Virus record (IMG/VR): IMGVR_UViG_3300021400_000063 | Reading direction: 5' to 3' (one strand) | Source of the DNA: a virus | Lineage: Duplodnaviria; Caudoviricetes | DNA: 64,000 nt | In this document: positions 10,796 through 21,005 of the stretch, in pieces | Layout of the letters: each line of letters begins with the position of its first letter | Numbering within the stretch: the stretch's first letter is position 1 | Notes under the pieces: model-generated | What the model was told of the DNA's origin: nothing | Seen by the model: only the letters and a program-made list of their open reading frames with translations | Databases searched by the model: none | Translations under genes and position numbers: made by a program

Positions 10796-10849
10796 AAAAT
10801 GTATTATATATTAATATAAAAATTCGATTTATAATGGGAGAAACATCAT

Positions 10850-11158
10850 ATGAATGAAGTAAATGAAAAAACTGAATCAAAAGAAGTCGTTAAAGGAAAT
10901 AGTAACGATTTCGTAAAGAAAGCTGAAGCTGTCGATAAGAAGCCAGTTGCTAAACGTATTATTAAAACAATTAACAAAAAACCTGCTGCTAAAACTGAAA
11001 ATAAACCTGGTTCAGATAAAAAAGAACCACCTAAGGTTAAGAAGCCACTGACTCGTGCACAAATTGCTGAAAAGAAATATGGTGTAGAATCCACATGGCG
11101 TCCATTTGAAGCTTTCTTCAATAAACAGAAAGAAGAAACTGAAAAATCAAATAAGTAA
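10850..11158 (+). CDS. small Lys/Pro-rich basic protein
   Basis: 102 aa, GGGAG SD, followed by a hairpin terminator at about 11188-11219. Confidence 0.7.
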   Translation: MNEVNEKTESKEVVKGNSNDFVKKAEAVDKKPVAKRIIKTINKKPAAKTENKPGSDKKEPPKVKKPLTRAQIAEKKYGVESTWRPFEAFFNKQKEETEKSNK

Positions 11159-11262
11159 CCATAAATAATTAAAATATTATTTGTTAGCTGGATGATTTCG
11201 GTCATCCAGTTTACTTTTTATTTATATAATTATAAAACAATATCATAATGGAGGTTAATATT

Positions 11263-11490
11263 ATGTTTAATGCTAAACGTATTCGTAAACTAATGGTTAA
11301 ATCTAAACTTAGAAAGATTGAAAATTACATTGAAGAATGTGCTAAATCAGGTTGTGATTCTACATCTGTAAATACTCGTCTCAATATGCCATTCGAAATT
11401 GATGATAAAACGATTAAAGTCTTGCAATCAAAAGGATTTAAAATATCCCGTGATAAAAAACAATCTGATATTGTTACGATTTCATGGTAG
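11263..11490 (+). CDS. hypothetical protein
   Basis: ATG at 11263 after GGAGG; ends in 'ISW'. Confidence 0.75.
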   Translation: MFNAKRIRKLMVKSKLRKIENYIEECAKSGCDSTSVNTRLNMPFEIDDKTIKVLQSKGFKISRDKKQSDIVTISW

Positions 11491-11512
11491 ACAGAAATAG
11501 GAGGTCAAGAAA

Positions 11513-14095
11513 TTGAATAGTGCTAATATTACTGAAGAGGAAATGAAATATCTTATTGAGCAATATTCTGGCGAAAATATTAATAAAGTATTTTCAACAG
11601 GTTTGTTGTCTCATCCATTTCATGCAGCAGGACCACGACAACATATGTTTAGTGTCCATTATACACAACATTTGATGTTGGATAATCCTGAGAGTCCTAG
11701 AAACTTTACAGGTTGGGAAAAACAATTTGGTAAGTATCTTAACTCTTATATGAAAGCCGATAAGAATCTTGAAATTGTTGCAAAGATTAATCGACATTCA
11801 TCATTTCAGGATATGTCGTATGTTCTCGTCGTACGTGAGCAGGGTACAAAAAATTACGATGTTATTAAAGTTTCACATTATGAGAAACTTTCCGATCAAC
11901 ATGGTTTTCTTAGACCATTTTCTTATAACGATGCAAAAGGACCAGGTTCATATATTACAAAAGACGATGTAGTTTATAAAGCTAATTCTCTTGATGAATT
12001 TGGAAATTATCGTTATGGGATTAATGCAAAAGTAGCATTTATGTTAATTCCTGAAGTAAAAGAAGACTCAATTGTAGTTTCAGAATCTTTTGCTAAACGT
12101 GTTATGTTTCATACTGTAACCAAAACAGAATATGTTATTAATAAAAATGATGTTCTTCTCAACATTTATGGTAATAATCAGGAATATAAAGTTCTCCCTA
12201 TGGTAGGAGAATATGTAAACTCTAAAGGTATATTATTTGCTACTCGCAAAATGGATAAGAAAAATATATCTGCAGATTTTACAGATATGGCTTTACAGAC
12301 TCTTCATATCACTGATAATAAATTCGGTGCTTTTGGTCAGGTAGTCGATATCGATATTAAAGTAAATGATGTTGATGAACTTAATTCTGATCCACACAGA
12401 GAGCAGTTACAACAGATTTATAATGATCAGTTGCGTTATAATCAGGAAATTGTAAATGTATTACAGCCAATTGTAAATGATGAATCTAATCATATTACAG
12501 ATCGTTTGGAGCAGTGTCTTTTTAATGCAAGAAATTATATAACTCCAAATATTAAGTATTCTTCAAATACAGGTAACTTTGAATTTGCACATATTACAAT
12601 TTATACTGCTGAAGAGCAGCGTCTTACATCTGCTATGAAACTTACTAACAGATGTGGTGGAAAAGCCGTAATTGGTAAAGTATGGCCTGATGAATTTATG
12701 CCTATCGACAAGAATGGTGTACGTGCTGAAGTTATATGTTCTTCTGCAGGTCTTGTTGGACGAACAAATCCAGATCAGTTGTTTGATCAGACTATAAGTT
12801 ACATTTCTGATGAAATTCTTCGTAGAATGAAGAAACAGAAAACTATGGAAGATTCATATAAGCTGTATTTCGAATATCTCAAAGATATGAGCCCTGAATG
12901 GGGTCAGTATTGGCAGAAGTATTATAACAATATTCCTCATAGAGATAGAGAAGAACTTCTTAATAATCTTTATACATCTCCTTTAGGAATAATGATGTAC
13001 AATCCTCCAGCACACAATGCTATCGGATGGGAAATTCTTAAAAGAGTTGCAAGGAAGTATAAAATAAAAACTTCTAAAGTTAAGATGTGTAGAACTTATC
13101 ACGTTTCTCCAGAATTAGCAGCAATGTATGATTCAACAGAAAATATTGATACTGTAAAGGAAATTGCTGATAACTACGTATTCCAAACAGTTGATAAAGT
13201 TATCAAAACCAAAGATGGTAAGAAAACAAAAACAACTGTAAAACATGTTACAGATGAAGTTGGAATTTTACACATTAATGATAACAAAAACGTTCTTAAA
13301 CTTCCTAAAGATGTTTATAACGATAATAAATGGGTAGATGATTATGTTTGGACTGATGGTGAAATTGCTGAATCAGATATCGGTGATGAATCATTCGAAC
13401 CTGATGATTTAGTAAGTTACATTAATAATATTCAGGCATATGAATCTGAATGGAATTCAGAAGAATTCAAAGAAAACCAGCTTGATAAACACAATTCTTT
13501 CGATACTACTAAAGCTCGAGTATTCAAGAAAGATGATCATACATTGGTTCGTGAATTCACATCTCAGCATGAAATTATTATCGCTGATGTTTATATGATG
13601 GTTCTTAAACAGATGCCTGATGCTGCTTTCTCTGCACGTTCATTAGGTTCTGTTACTCCACTTGGACTTCCTAACAAATCTGTTAAGAAATCTGAAGTTG
13701 GTAGACCATTTGGTGATACTTGTAACCAGATGTCTGATATGGATAATAATGACCTTAAAAATCTTGTCGATCCAGAAAAGGTTAATAGATTCTATGCTGT
13801 ACAATCTACAAATTCACAATTAAGATCTGATATGGCTAGGTCATTAATGTTTGAAGATCCTACAAGACTTCATGATCTTCCTTTAGCTGATGATGAAGTA
13901 ACTGATAATATACCTGCAAAGATGTTGAATCAGTACTTATCAGCAATTAGCTTGGAAATCGGTGATACTGATGAACCTGATCCATATGAATTCTTGGATG
14001 ACGTTAAATATACATCATTACCAGATCTTATGAAGAAAGCTGGTGTTACAGTAGATAATAATCCATTTGTTAATCATCAGAAAATTCCTTCATAA
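11513..14095 (+). CDS. rpoB: multisubunit RNA polymerase beta subunit, C-terminal part (probably non-virion RNAP)
   Basis: 'YGINAKVAF..EDSIVVSESFA', KLTNRCGGK, 'WPDEFMP', 'GRTNP.Q', 'YMMVLKQ..FSARS'; TTG start after AGGAGG; no late promoter upstream. Confidence 0.9.
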   Translation: MNSANITEEEMKYLIEQYSGENINKVFSTGLLSHPFHAAGPRQHMFSVHYTQHLMLDNPESPRNFTGWEKQFGKYLNSYMKADKNLEIVAKINRHSSFQDMSYVLVVREQGTKNYDVIKVSHYEKLSDQHGFLRPFSYNDAKGPGSYITKDDVVYKANSLDEFGNYRYGINAKVAFMLIPEVKEDSIVVSESFAKRVMFHTVTKTEYVINKNDVLLNIYGNNQEYKVLPMVGEYVNSKGILFATRKMDKKNISADFTDMALQTLHITDNKFGAFGQVVDIDIKVNDVDELNSDPHREQLQQIYNDQLRYNQEIVNVLQPIVNDESNHITDRLEQCLFNARNYITPNIKYSSNTGNFEFAHITIYTAEEQRLTSAMKLTNRCGGKAVIGKVWPDEFMPIDKNGVRAEVICSSAGLVGRTNPDQLFDQTISYISDEILRRMKKQKTMEDSYKLYFEYLKDMSPEWGQYWQKYYNNIPHRDREELLNNLYTSPLGIMMYNPPAHNAIGWEILKRVARKYKIKTSKVKMCRTYHVSPELAAMYDSTENIDTVKEIADNYVFQTVDKVIKTKDGKKTKTTVKHVTDEVGILHINDNKNVLKLPKDVYNDNKWVDDYVWTDGEIAESDIGDESFEPDDLVSYINNIQAYESEWNSEEFKENQLDKHNSFDTTKARVFKKDDHTLVREFTSQHEIIIADVYMMVLKQMPDAAFSARSLGSVTPLGLPNKSVKKSEVGRPFGDTCNQMSDMDNNDLKNLVDPEKVNRFYAVQSTNSQLRSDMARSLMFEDPTRLHDLPLADDEVTDNIPAKMLNQYLSAISLEIGDTDEPDPYEFLDDVKYTSLPDLMKKAGVTVDNNPFVNHQKIPS

Positions 14096-14102
14096 ACCGA
14101 TT

Positions 14103-14137
14103 AAAAAAAGGATGAGTTTAAAAACTTATCCTTTTTT
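14103..14137 (+). terminator. intrinsic terminator
   Basis: AAAAGGATGAGTTT/AAACTTATCCTTTT hairpin plus T-tract. Confidence 0.65.
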
Positions 14138-14196
14138 GATTAATATATTATACTAATAGAATACTAAAAATATTTTTATCATATAGGAGGAAAAAT

Positions 14197-15042
14197 ATGA
14201 TAAATCACGCTTTTTATAAAAAAGCATCGCCAGTTGTTAAAGACGCAACAAAACTCTATTTCAAAGGATTGGAACCATCATCTAAAATGGTTATTGATCG
14301 ATTTGAAGCACCTATTCAGACAATTAGACGTATTTTAGGTGATGATTTTTACGATTTTGAAAATTCGAAAGAAGATCTTATCAACCTTGAAATTACAGAT
14401 TCTGCTTCATTTAATATTGAAAGTATCAAGAATGATATAGCTTCGAATAATTTCAATCTGATGAATGATATTTCTGTATTTGTGGTTTCTATTTATGATA
14501 GATTTGCCAGAATGTATGGAAATAATGTCATTGGTAAAGATTTTGAAGAAGTTAAATTTAAAGTAGCTATTACAAGTCCTACAAAAGGTTTGATTTGTAA
14601 AGAATTGTCTATTAAAGATTTTGCTCCATTGTCTACATTTGATGATTCTGGAAATGTTACAGGATTTATTGGCAGCCATGAAATTATTGAATTGCAATCA
14701 GAACTTGATGCTGCTGATCAGGCTGCTAAGAAACTTCGTAACACTGGAGGCACAGCTACTAATGCTGCAGTTGAAACTATTACTAAGAAAATTCAGGATC
14801 TTAATGAAAAACTGATTTCTAAGTATATGGCTATCGTTGAAACATTCTTTAATCTTATTAAAGAATGGGGTGAAGTCGAAAAAACTTCTGATATTTTCGA
14901 TGCTACCTTCATCTTCAATCTTATCATTGTTGATGATAGTTCAACTGAAGAAAATAGAGAGTCAATTGTTGAAATGGACATTTGTTCACTTCATGATATT
15001 GCTCATAAACATCTTGTTGCACTGAAAACTAAATTTGATTAA
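14197..15042 (+). CDS. hypothetical protein
   Basis: 281-aa ORF, AGGAGG SD. Confidence 0.85.
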   Translation: MINHAFYKKASPVVKDATKLYFKGLEPSSKMVIDRFEAPIQTIRRILGDDFYDFENSKEDLINLEITDSASFNIESIKNDIASNNFNLMNDISVFVVSIYDRFARMYGNNVIGKDFEEVKFKVAITSPTKGLICKELSIKDFAPLSTFDDSGNVTGFIGSHEIIELQSELDAADQAAKKLRNTGGTATNAAVETITKKIQDLNEKLISKYMAIVETFFNLIKEWGEVEKTSDIFDATFIFNLIIVDDSSTEENRESIVEMDICSLHDIAHKHLVALKTKFD

Positions 15043-15068
15043 TCAAAACTAAAAAAGGAGGGGAATAA

Positions 15069-15305
15069 ATGGTTGATGGTGATTATTTCTTATTCGCTTT
15101 ATTAGTCGTTTATTGCGCTGTATCTTTATTTATATTTGCTGAAAAGTTAATATATTTTATCAGATGTATTTATGATTCTAATTTTAGGAAAAAACAACCT
15201 GCTTTATGGAAAAAAGCAACTATACAAGATATGATTTTATCAATCACATTTACATGGTTGCCAGTGCTTACCATCAAAGTAATTGTTGATAGTCTTAAAA
15301 GCTAG
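15069..15305 (+). CDS. small membrane protein (two hydrophobic helices)
   Basis: 78 aa, AAGGAGG SD. Confidence 0.7.
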   Translation: MVDGDYFLFALLVVYCAVSLFIFAEKLIYFIRCIYDSNFRKKQPALWKKATIQDMILSITFTWLPVLTIKVIVDSLKS

Positions 15306-15326
15306 CCGATTAATTAAACTAAACTT

Positions 15327-15356
15327 AGAGAGGGATTTAATCCCTCTCTTTTTTTT
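15327..15356 (+). terminator. intrinsic terminator
   Basis: AGAGAGGGA-ttta-ATCCCTCTCT plus T-tract. Confidence 0.75.
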
Positions 15357-15367
15357 CTTTAAAGCTC

Positions 15368-15381
15368 GACATTTAAATATA
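15368..15381 (+). promoter_or_regulatory. putative late promoter GACA-N6-TATA
   Basis: GACATTTAAATATA; the same motif recurs before more than 10 late/structural genes. Confidence 0.65.
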
Positions 15382-15399
15382 AATTTTTGAGGTAGATTT

Positions 15400-16134
15400 A
15401 TGGCTAAATTAACTAATGTAACACCAGATTTACCAGCTACAACTAATAAAATGGTTAATATCATTTCTAAAGAAACCTCAAATGGAACTGTACAAGTTTG
15501 TATGGAAGATGCTCAATATTATTATCTTCCATTTGACAAATCACCATTAGATTTATCAGATTCTAAAATTCGTGAAAAATTTATTAAATCTGTTGAAAAT
15601 AGAGTTAGAAGATCTAAACTTTATAAAGCTTATGTAGCATATCTCAAAGTAGATTGTAAGTTAGATCGATGTTCTATTTTTGGAAATATTAAATCTGAAA
15701 AAGGTGATAAAACTAAAATAGAAATGCATCATGGACCAATTTTTACATTGTATGATTATGTTTCTATTGTACTTGAAAAACATTTGCGAGAAAACGCTAA
15801 TGATATAAACACATTTGATATTGCAGCTGAAGTATTAGATTTACATAGACGAAAACTGGTACAAACTGTAATGTTATCGGAGACTGCTCATAAATCCATG
15901 GATAATCCTAAAATAGCACCATTCTTGTCACTTGATATGACTTTTGGTGATCTAGTAGGTTTTATTAAAGAATATGGGCAATATTTCTCTCCAAAAAATA
16001 GATCTGATCTTAAGAATTATTTTATTCATTATCAGACTAATTTGGAAAATAATAAATTAAATGTATTTAAACCTGTATTCACTCAATACAATATTAAATA
16101 CGTAACTTCTAAAGCGGAGATACCGAATATATGA
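15400..16134 (+). CDS. HNH-like protein, paralog of 4574..5323
   Basis: CSIF...IEMHHGPIFTLYDYV ... VMLSETAH. Confidence 0.55.
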   Translation: MAKLTNVTPDLPATTNKMVNIISKETSNGTVQVCMEDAQYYYLPFDKSPLDLSDSKIREKFIKSVENRVRRSKLYKAYVAYLKVDCKLDRCSIFGNIKSEKGDKTKIEMHHGPIFTLYDYVSIVLEKHLRENANDINTFDIAAEVLDLHRRKLVQTVMLSETAHKSMDNPKIAPFLSLDMTFGDLVGFIKEYGQYFSPKNRSDLKNYFIHYQTNLENNKLNVFKPVFTQYNIKYVTSKAEIPNI

Positions 16135-19106
16135 GTTTTGAGAACGTCTATCGCTCCGAAACCGGAGCCGCAGAAATTGAAAAGATAGCAGACTTTATTG
16201 GAAGTTTAGTTATCAAAAATAAATATGAAGCTAATAGAAAAGAAACTTCGGAATCTATAGCAAATTATTATGCATATTATGGTGCATATACTAAAACTGA
16301 TCATTTTAGTGATTATGATAAAGATGATCGAAGAAAATATAAAGAATATGTACATGTTTATTTATCTTCAGATAAATCTAAATCATATGTATATAATGAA
16401 TTAGTTTTAGATATGTTGACCGAATCTTCTTTTAAAGATTTAGAAGATAATAAAGATAAAGAACTTTATAAAGATTATTTAACAGCTTTACGAATATCTA
16501 GAGTTTATTTGTATGAAGAACGAAATGAATATTATAGACAGTTCATGGGAGTTCCAAATTCGAATGCTGAAATTGTTTATTTAATAAATATTGATAAGGG
16601 TGAAATGGGTTATAGTTTAATTGAAGATTATTCTACGCCTCCTGATCCATATACTCAATATTATTATTACAATGAAGAAGATAAATTATTTTATCCTCTT
16701 AATTTTTATTTAACAACAGGTTCATGGGCTCCAGCTTTAGCAATTCATGATAAACTTTATACAATTAATTTGGTTAAAGCTCATGATATTAATAGTACAG
16801 ATTATCCGTTGACATATTCGTATTATATACTTCAAGGTCATATTGATGAAGTAATTGAAAAATATCCTAATTATAATTATTTAAAATTTATTGGTGAATC
16901 TTATACACCATTTAAATTGAGAATGATGGGAAATTATGATATCATTAAATATAAAAAGAATATTTTATCTAATACAGAATTGACTTATTTTTTCAAAGCA
17001 TATAATAAAGCTAAAACTCAAGTTTTACTCGATTATATAGATGGATTTGATAGTAAACAACCATTGTATAATATTCTTATGATTGAAAATCTTTTGTATT
17101 ATACGATTATCAATTATTCAAATTCGTATATTGAAAAATATTCTTTAGGTATTTATACTGAAAAGAATCTTAATGATATTCTTAATTCACATGGATATTC
17201 TTCTTTAACTAAAATTAGTGATATAAACTTAAAAGAACGTGTTGTTAAAAATCTAAATGATTTGATTGCTAATAAAGGAAATAACTACGTTCTTAATCTT
17301 ATTCTTGAAAAAATTCTTGAAGATCCTAATGTACAATTAAAACGTTATTATCTTGAAAAGAAATATAGAACTGATGATGATGCTTCTATAAGTATTGATA
17401 CATCTAGAGGTTTGGAAAATTCTATAGATTTAGTATTTAGAGAAGTTTCTGCTACAGATGTAAATACTAAAACATCTGAAGATGTTATTCATGATTATGA
17501 TATTTTTGTTAATGAAGATAAATTATGGGGCGGCTGGTCTGAAGACGATACCAATGATTCAAAAGCTAGTAAAAAAGAAGTTCTTAAAAAAGAATTACTT
17601 GCATTGAACTTTAACTCAATCTTAACACGCTATATCACATTAACAAGAACTGTAGATATTTTGGAATCACAACGTCAAATTAGAGATTTACTTTATTTGA
17701 TGTTAAAATTCTTTGATCAAAATGATTCTCCAGAATTTTTTGAAATTAAAACGGCTTTTAATTCTAATATATCTGTTCCACCAGCCGCATTATTTGGTGC
17801 AATGTGTTGGTTACAACAAATGAAGAATTATTCAAATCCTGATGTCATTATTAAGGATAATTGTGTTATAAATTCTACAGCAGTTTTTAGACAACTTGGA
17901 AGATTTGCTCTAGAAAAAACTTCATTTGAGAATAAAGTTATTGTAGACGGTCGAGTTGTAACACAATATGATATTTCTCCAGAAATTGCAACTTGGAAAG
18001 TTGTAGATTTTATTAAAGAAAATCAAGAAGATTTTAAAGATTTCTTTGTTGGAGTTGATGGTGAAAGGATTGAAACTGTAAGGATTAAAGATATTGTATC
18101 ATTGGATAAAATTCCAGCTGATGGATATAAACATCTCGATGTAGATGATGAAGATCTTTCAGATTATATGACTATATACAGATTCTATTCTAATGGACAA
18201 CAGCTTGGTGAATTCACAAGTGATACTACATTTGAAGAATTGGTAGATGACTATAAAAATCAATATCCTAATCTTCTAAAACGCATTACTTGGAAATTAA
18301 GAAATTCTTATGATTTTAGAGAATTCCAAGCCTGGACTTATATTCTTAATCAATCTAGAACTAATAATAGTATTTATTTCATTTTTAGAAATTGTACCAC
18401 ATTTACTGAATATTTAACTAGTTTAGAAGCTGATAAACTTAAAGTTTATATACTTGACAAATTAGGAAATAATCCTACTAATGTAGAAATAACAAAGTTA
18501 CAAAATGAAATTATCGATGTATTTAAGCAATGGGTAAACAATTCGTTTTCAAAATTAGTATATGAAGCTGAAAATTCAGATACATCTGGTTCATCTTCAG
18601 ATTATATCAATGATATGATCATTTTGTTTAATGAATTCTTATCGGTATTCTCAGAACTTTATTCCATCGATTATCGTTATACATTTGGTGATAAATCTTA
18701 TGAAGGTTTGGATATTCAATTATTCTATAATCCGATTAATGTTTGGCAAACGTATAACCCGGTTGATAAAATTGAATTACGCGAATATATTAAATCTTCT
18801 ATGAATGTAGATTTAGATAGTGATAAATTTGAATTATTATATACATACTATTTAAATGCTTTCAATATTATTTACGATAATATAAATAATGATATGAAGA
18901 TTGAAAATTCAACAATTCAATATATAGATGACCAATTTAAATATGATCCAATATTAACACAATGTACTTGTAAAATATTAGATTTATTTGAAATGAGACA
19001 TCAATTATCTATAAATATTAAATCGTCTGTTACCGATTCGATAAGTTTATCGGATGGTAAATTAACGATTGAAACTTCTACAGGAGAAACTAAAAATTAT
19101 GCGTAA
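16131..19106 (+). CDS. large virion structural protein (baseplate-type, phiKZ/AR9-like)
   Basis: 991 aa; 'SLVIK', 'ERNEYYRQFMG.P', 'ANKG' recall conserved jumbo-phage structural proteins; in a late operon. Confidence 0.55.
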   Translation: MSFENVYRSETGAAEIEKIADFIGSLVIKNKYEANRKETSESIANYYAYYGAYTKTDHFSDYDKDDRRKYKEYVHVYLSSDKSKSYVYNELVLDMLTESSFKDLEDNKDKELYKDYLTALRISRVYLYEERNEYYRQFMGVPNSNAEIVYLINIDKGEMGYSLIEDYSTPPDPYTQYYYYNEEDKLFYPLNFYLTTGSWAPALAIHDKLYTINLVKAHDINSTDYPLTYSYYILQGHIDEVIEKYPNYNYLKFIGESYTPFKLRMMGNYDIIKYKKNILSNTELTYFFKAYNKAKTQVLLDYIDGFDSKQPLYNILMIENLLYYTIINYSNSYIEKYSLGIYTEKNLNDILNSHGYSSLTKISDINLKERVVKNLNDLIANKGNNYVLNLILEKILEDPNVQLKRYYLEKKYRTDDDASISIDTSRGLENSIDLVFREVSATDVNTKTSEDVIHDYDIFVNEDKLWGGWSEDDTNDSKASKKEVLKKELLALNFNSILTRYITLTRTVDILESQRQIRDLLYLMLKFFDQNDSPEFFEIKTAFNSNISVPPAALFGAMCWLQQMKNYSNPDVIIKDNCVINSTAVFRQLGRFALEKTSFENKVIVDGRVVTQYDISPEIATWKVVDFIKENQEDFKDFFVGVDGERIETVRIKDIVSLDKIPADGYKHLDVDDEDLSDYMTIYRFYSNGQQLGEFTSDTTFEELVDDYKNQYPNLLKRITWKLRNSYDFREFQAWTYILNQSRTNNSIYFIFRNCTTFTEYLTSLEADKLKVYILDKLGNNPTNVEITKLQNEIIDVFKQWVNNSFSKLVYEAENSDTSGSSSDYINDMIILFNEFLSVFSELYSIDYRYTFGDKSYEGLDIQLFYNPINVWQTYNPVDKIELREYIKSSMNVDLDSDKFELLYTYYLNAFNIIYDNINNDMKIENSTIQYIDDQFKYDPILTQCTCKILDLFEMRHQLSINIKSSVTDSISLSDGKLTIETSTGETKNYA

Positions 19107-20109
19107 AATTGTTAAAATATCTGATGGATTAATTACTCCAGATGATTTAGATATTAAACAGAATCAAACAGGTTTTGATACATGTGTTGTTATTACTGCT
19201 AAAAACTGTAAAAGTGAAGGATCACAGGAAATTAAAGTTTGTAAAAACAAAACTGTTCTTTTAGGACGTACAAAGTTACTAGAAGATAATTTCCCTATTA
19301 AACCAGATATGTCTCAACATTTGTTCATTAATAGCAATGTTCTTGGTGAATATGATCCTGCTACTGGAGATTCAGTTCCAACAGTTGTAGCTCATAATGA
19401 TAGATTACCTTCTGATCTTTTTAGAAGAAGAAAGGTAGAATATTGGTGTGCTGGTGATGGTGCTATTAATGGAACAGTTTATAATACTTCATGGCCTCCT
19501 CATTCTACAGACAATAAACTTTATAATATGATTCCTTTCCGCTTTATTCCAGTAAGCGATACACTTCCTAATGATATTAGAAGTCAGTATAAGATGGAAA
19601 TTGTTTATCCATCAAATTCAAGATTTGCTGGTTGGAAAGGTTATTATTTCAAGAAAATCAACTTCAGTGATACTGATGGTATTCAAATGATGGTTGATGG
19701 AAAACCTTATACTCCGATGTGGGCTGATACCGCTAAAGATCCAAATGCTGAAACTGTTGGCGGTTATGTTAACTCATTTAAAGGTGACAAAGTTCAAACT
19801 AACTACATCGATATGGGTATGAAGATTAGTGCTGAAGAATTTAAAGAGTGGTTTACATTCATTGATAAATCACTCGAAAATGCAAGTATTTCTGAAATCG
19901 GTCTTATTATCGGTTTAGATGCTTTCAAAGATAGTGATGACGTTCTTACTCCAGTTGAAGATTTGTCAGAATCAACAGCTAACTTATCTAACATTAAATT
20001 GAATTCAGAAATCTATGATGCAGAGTTGTTTGCACACTTAACATTTGACCCTTATTCGGTTGCTCGCGATAACTCAACTATAGATTTCCAATACAGAATT
20101 TATTCATAA
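19099..20109 (+). CDS. probable baseplate/tail structural protein
   Basis: ATG at 19099 after AGGAG; 'NKTVLLGR', 'GDGA', 'IPFRF', 'YYFKK', 'ISEIGL', 'YRIY' pattern. Confidence 0.55.
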   Translation: MRKIVKISDGLITPDDLDIKQNQTGFDTCVVITAKNCKSEGSQEIKVCKNKTVLLGRTKLLEDNFPIKPDMSQHLFINSNVLGEYDPATGDSVPTVVAHNDRLPSDLFRRRKVEYWCAGDGAINGTVYNTSWPPHSTDNKLYNMIPFRFIPVSDTLPNDIRSQYKMEIVYPSNSRFAGWKGYYFKKINFSDTDGIQMMVDGKPYTPMWADTAKDPNAETVGGYVNSFKGDKVQTNYIDMGMKISAEEFKEWFTFIDKSLENASISEIGLIIGLDAFKDSDDVLTPVEDLSESTANLSNIKLNSEIYDAELFAHLTFDPYSVARDNSTIDFQYRIYS

Positions 20110-20116
20110 ATTAAAA

Positions 20117-20185
20117 CTAATTGCTCTGCTTTTGCATATATGTCTTTTGAGTCCGTTTCTTTGTGTAACGTACTTTTTTTGTCAT
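20117..20185 (-). CDS. putative 22-aa basic peptide MTKKVRYTKKRTQKTYMQKQSN
   Basis: Minus strand reads AGGAG-tttaac-ATG...TAG; not in the ORF track (too short). Confidence 0.4.
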   Translation of the reverse strand: MTKKVRYTKKRTQKTYMQKQSN

Positions 20186-20228
20186 GTTAAACTCCTACTT
20201 TTGCCTGAATAAGTCGTACTTATTTATT

Positions 20229-20263
20229 GATACAGAGGGTCGAACCCTCTGTATCTTTATTTT
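20229..20263 (+). terminator. intrinsic terminator
   Basis: GATACAGAGGG-tcgaa-CCCTCTGTATC plus T-rich tail. Confidence 0.75.
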
Positions 20264-20283
20264 GCAAATAAAATCTTTTTTTT

Positions 20284-20300
20284 TATATATTATTATAATG
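20284..20300 (+). promoter_or_regulatory. putative early promoter TATATATTATTATAATG
   Basis: Identical 17-mer also at 38725, 50935 and 55916. Confidence 0.65.
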
Positions 20301-20379
20301 AATAAGATATTAGATTGACTTCACTTATTAAAAAAAAGAAAATCCTATAAATTTTTAATAGCCATAAGGGGGTAAGAAA

Positions 20380-20901
20380 ATGGCAAAAGTATCTTATGTT
20401 ATTTCAAAGAATTCTTCAGGAAATGGAAAATCAAATTTCCATTTCGATGGTAATGCTGGATCTGGAAAATGGTTCAGTAAGATCTTTAACAATGGAAAAG
20501 AAGAACATTCTTCCGATCCAAATGAGATCACTGATCTTCTTTCTAAGCTTGTAGTAGATGGAGACTATTCCATCTCTAGAAACTCAGAAACTCGTATTGA
20601 GTTCGAAGGATCTACTGAAGAAATTAAGGAATTTGCAACCTGGTCAATTAACCAGGTAAAGGCTGAAGCTGGAACCCTTAAGGAACTTGCAGCATTTTTG
20701 AAAGAATACTGCAGAGCAATCGTAGATATGTTCAAAGGTATCTTCGGATACACTGAGCATGTTGAAGAAATTCAGTCAGAACGTGATAAGTTCGAAGCTG
20801 AAAATTTAAGACTCACAAAGGAGATGGATGATCTTCGTGAGAGCTTAAAGAAAACTACAGCAGCTAAAAAAGGAAATGCTACTGATTCTAAAAATCAGTA
20901 A
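20380..20901 (+). CDS. hypothetical protein with C-terminal coiled coil (early cassette)
   Basis: 173 aa; has its own promoter and terminator. Confidence 0.8.
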   Translation: MAKVSYVISKNSSGNGKSNFHFDGNAGSGKWFSKIFNNGKEEHSSDPNEITDLLSKLVVDGDYSISRNSETRIEFEGSTEEIKEFATWSINQVKAEAGTLKELAAFLKEYCRAIVDMFKGIFGYTEHVEEIQSERDKFEAENLRLTKEMDDLRESLKKTTAAKKGNATDSKNQ

Positions 20902-20967
20902 TTCTTGATTAGCAGTTGAAAAAAGGAGGTGGGTCTTAAATGACTCATCTTCTTTTTTTCTAAAAAT

Positions 20968-20981
20968 GACATTTGAATATA
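20968..20981 (+). promoter_or_regulatory. putative late promoter
   Basis: GACATTTGAATATA. Confidence 0.65.
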
Positions 20982-21005
20982 ACTATTTGATAAAGAGGTT
21001 GTCTT

